The notes under the pieces were generated by a model. That model saw nothing but the letters and a program-made list of their open reading frames with translations. It was not told the DNA's origin and searched no databases. The translations under genes and the position numbers were made by a program. DNA of 63,919 bases, filler included, from Craspedostauros australis (taxonomy: Eukaryota): NCBI GenBank assembly GCA_030167865.1. It is 15 parts of 15 records of this genome, joined end to end, with 100 filler letters (N's around TTAATTAATTAA, not from the genome) between each part and the next. Parts side by side here need not be neighbours in the genome. Positions count along the whole stretch, not along the records: positions 62,585 to 63,919 come from JALAGF010005587.1; 14 more parts are not named here. The stretch is one strand, 5' to 3'. This document shows positions 62,485-63,919 of the stretch, piece after piece. Positions within the stretch are counted from its first letter, which is position 1. Each line of letters starts with the position of its first letter.

Positions 62485-62660
62485 NNNNNNNNNNNNNNNN
62501 NNNNNNNNNNNNNNNNNNNNNNNNNNNNTTAATTAATTAANNNNNNNNNNNNNNNNNNNNNNNNNNNNNNNNNNNNNNNNNNNNGTTGACATTGTTGGTT
62601 TTCGCTTCATTTTGATAATTCAAGGAGGCGCAAGAGCTCACAATTCGCAACAATACAAAC

Positions 62661-63909
62661 ATGTTACTCCCTCATGGAACGTTCGCGACTGTTGGTTTCG
62701 GGCTGATTGGGTCTCGCCCAAGAGGCATGCTTACAAACAATCTTTCCATGGAGTCATTGCGACAGTTCGCGTCTGTGTTTGGGACGCATCCTGACATCGT
62801 GCACATCTTGTGGAACGAGCTCGCAGACGCTCGAGCTCTGCCACGCGCGGCCGAACCAAAACATCTCCTTTGGACGTGCGCGTTTCTTCGTCTGTACGTG
62901 TCTGAGACTGCGTTAGCCGCTGTGTGCAAGTGTTCGGCAAAAACACTTCGCAAATGGATGTGGCTTATGATGGCAGCCGTTGAAACCGTTAAAGATCGAA
63001 TCGTAAGTACTAAATAAATCTCAAAACCGAACTGCGACACAAAATTATTTTCACTCCATTCACTCACACAAGCTTCTAATTTTTTCTTCCTCGTGGTACC
63101 GCTCCAATTGACAGATTGTCTGGAACCGTCGTTTCGTTGGCGCAAGTCACGATGCAAAAGCTCTTGTCACTGTTGACGGGACCGACATGCGAATCACCGA
63201 ACCGAAACCGTTTAGCCAGAAGTGGTACTCGTTCAAGTTTCGCGCTGCTGGTGTGCGCTATGAGTTGGCTGTTGCGATCTCTACTGGCGAGATTGTTTGG
63301 GCGAATGGGCCTTTCCCGTGTGGCCTGTTGAACGATCTTTCGATCTTCCGTCTGGGACTAAAACCGAAATTAGTGCAGCACGAAGTCGTCGTTGCAGATG
63401 CCGGATACCGTGGGGACCCGTGTGTCTTTCCCCCAACATTTCGTGCAGATNNNNNNNNNNNNNNNNNNNNNNNNNNNNNNNNNNNNNNNNNNNNNNNNNN
63501 TACTGGCGAGATTGTTTGGGCGAATGGGCCTTTCCCGTGTGGCCTGTTGAACGATCTTTCGATCTTCCGTCTGGGACTAAAACCAAAATTAGTGCAGCAC
63601 GAAGTCGTCGTTGCAGATGCCGGATACCGTGGGGACCCGTGTGTCTTTCCCCCAACATTTCGTGCAGATGGGATCATGCGGTGCCGCCACGAAACGGTCA
63701 ACAGGCGAATCAAGCACTGGCAATGCATGCACCTGAAGTGACGGCACCACGTGGACAAGCATCGCCTTGCATTCAACACGGTTGCCATCCTCACCCAAAT
63801 TGAACTGAGCAACGGCTTCCCCTCGTTTGACGTTTTTGTCGCCATGCAAGAAGCACGCGAACGTGCCATCGCCCAAGCAGATGCACAACACACAAACACT
63901 ACTAATTAG
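62661..63909 (+). mobile_element. PIF/Harbinger DDE transposase gene with one intron (63003-63114) and one in-frame stop
   Basis: Exon 1 HTH-like 'KHLLWTCAFLRLY...TLRKW'; GTAAGT...CTAAT...ACAG phase-0 intron; exon 2 'VDGTD', 'ADAGYRG', 'RHETVNRRIK'. TGA at 63739 interrupts a frame that continues to 63909. Confidence 0.88.
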
Positions 63910-63919
63910 GCCGTCCCAC

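Noticed and set aside
2571..62540. Regularly recurring TTAATTAATTAA motif
   Set aside because: Always inside N runs and stops all six frames, so it is a concatenation linker. Adjacency across it has no biological meaning.

Overview
This window is not one locus. It is about 15 short draft-assembly scaffolds joined by an artificial N-TTAATTAATTAA-N linker, with many internal N gaps whose flanks are duplicated. The content is eukaryotic, repeat-rich and most likely from a diatom or other stramenopile. That is an inference from the copia, LINE and Harbinger element types, a spliced intron and PT-repeat secreted proteins. Most of the sequence is transposon-derived: at least four Ty1/copia families (one ~0.8-kb LTR, called 'LTR-A' here, occurs eight times plus diverged relatives), a decayed RNase H-bearing non-LTR element, PIF/Harbinger transposase and Myb-like genes, a piggyBac-like fragment and satellites. 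Host-like genes are a secreted CIA30-like protein, a multi-pass membrane protein, and a secreted Cys-rich/PT-repeat protein with a pseudogenised paralog. The standout is a circularly permuted tRNA-Arg(ACG) gene at 16928-17005. Its 3' half precedes its 5' half, the split is at position 37/38, and it has an upstream TATA box, a BHB-like motif formed by leader and trailer, and a T7 terminator. Secondary points are a two-helix transmembrane segment inside a copia Gag-PR polyprotein, a palindromic non-tRNA primer site, an unknown domain shared by two copia lineages, and a structured non-coding element present on two scaffolds.
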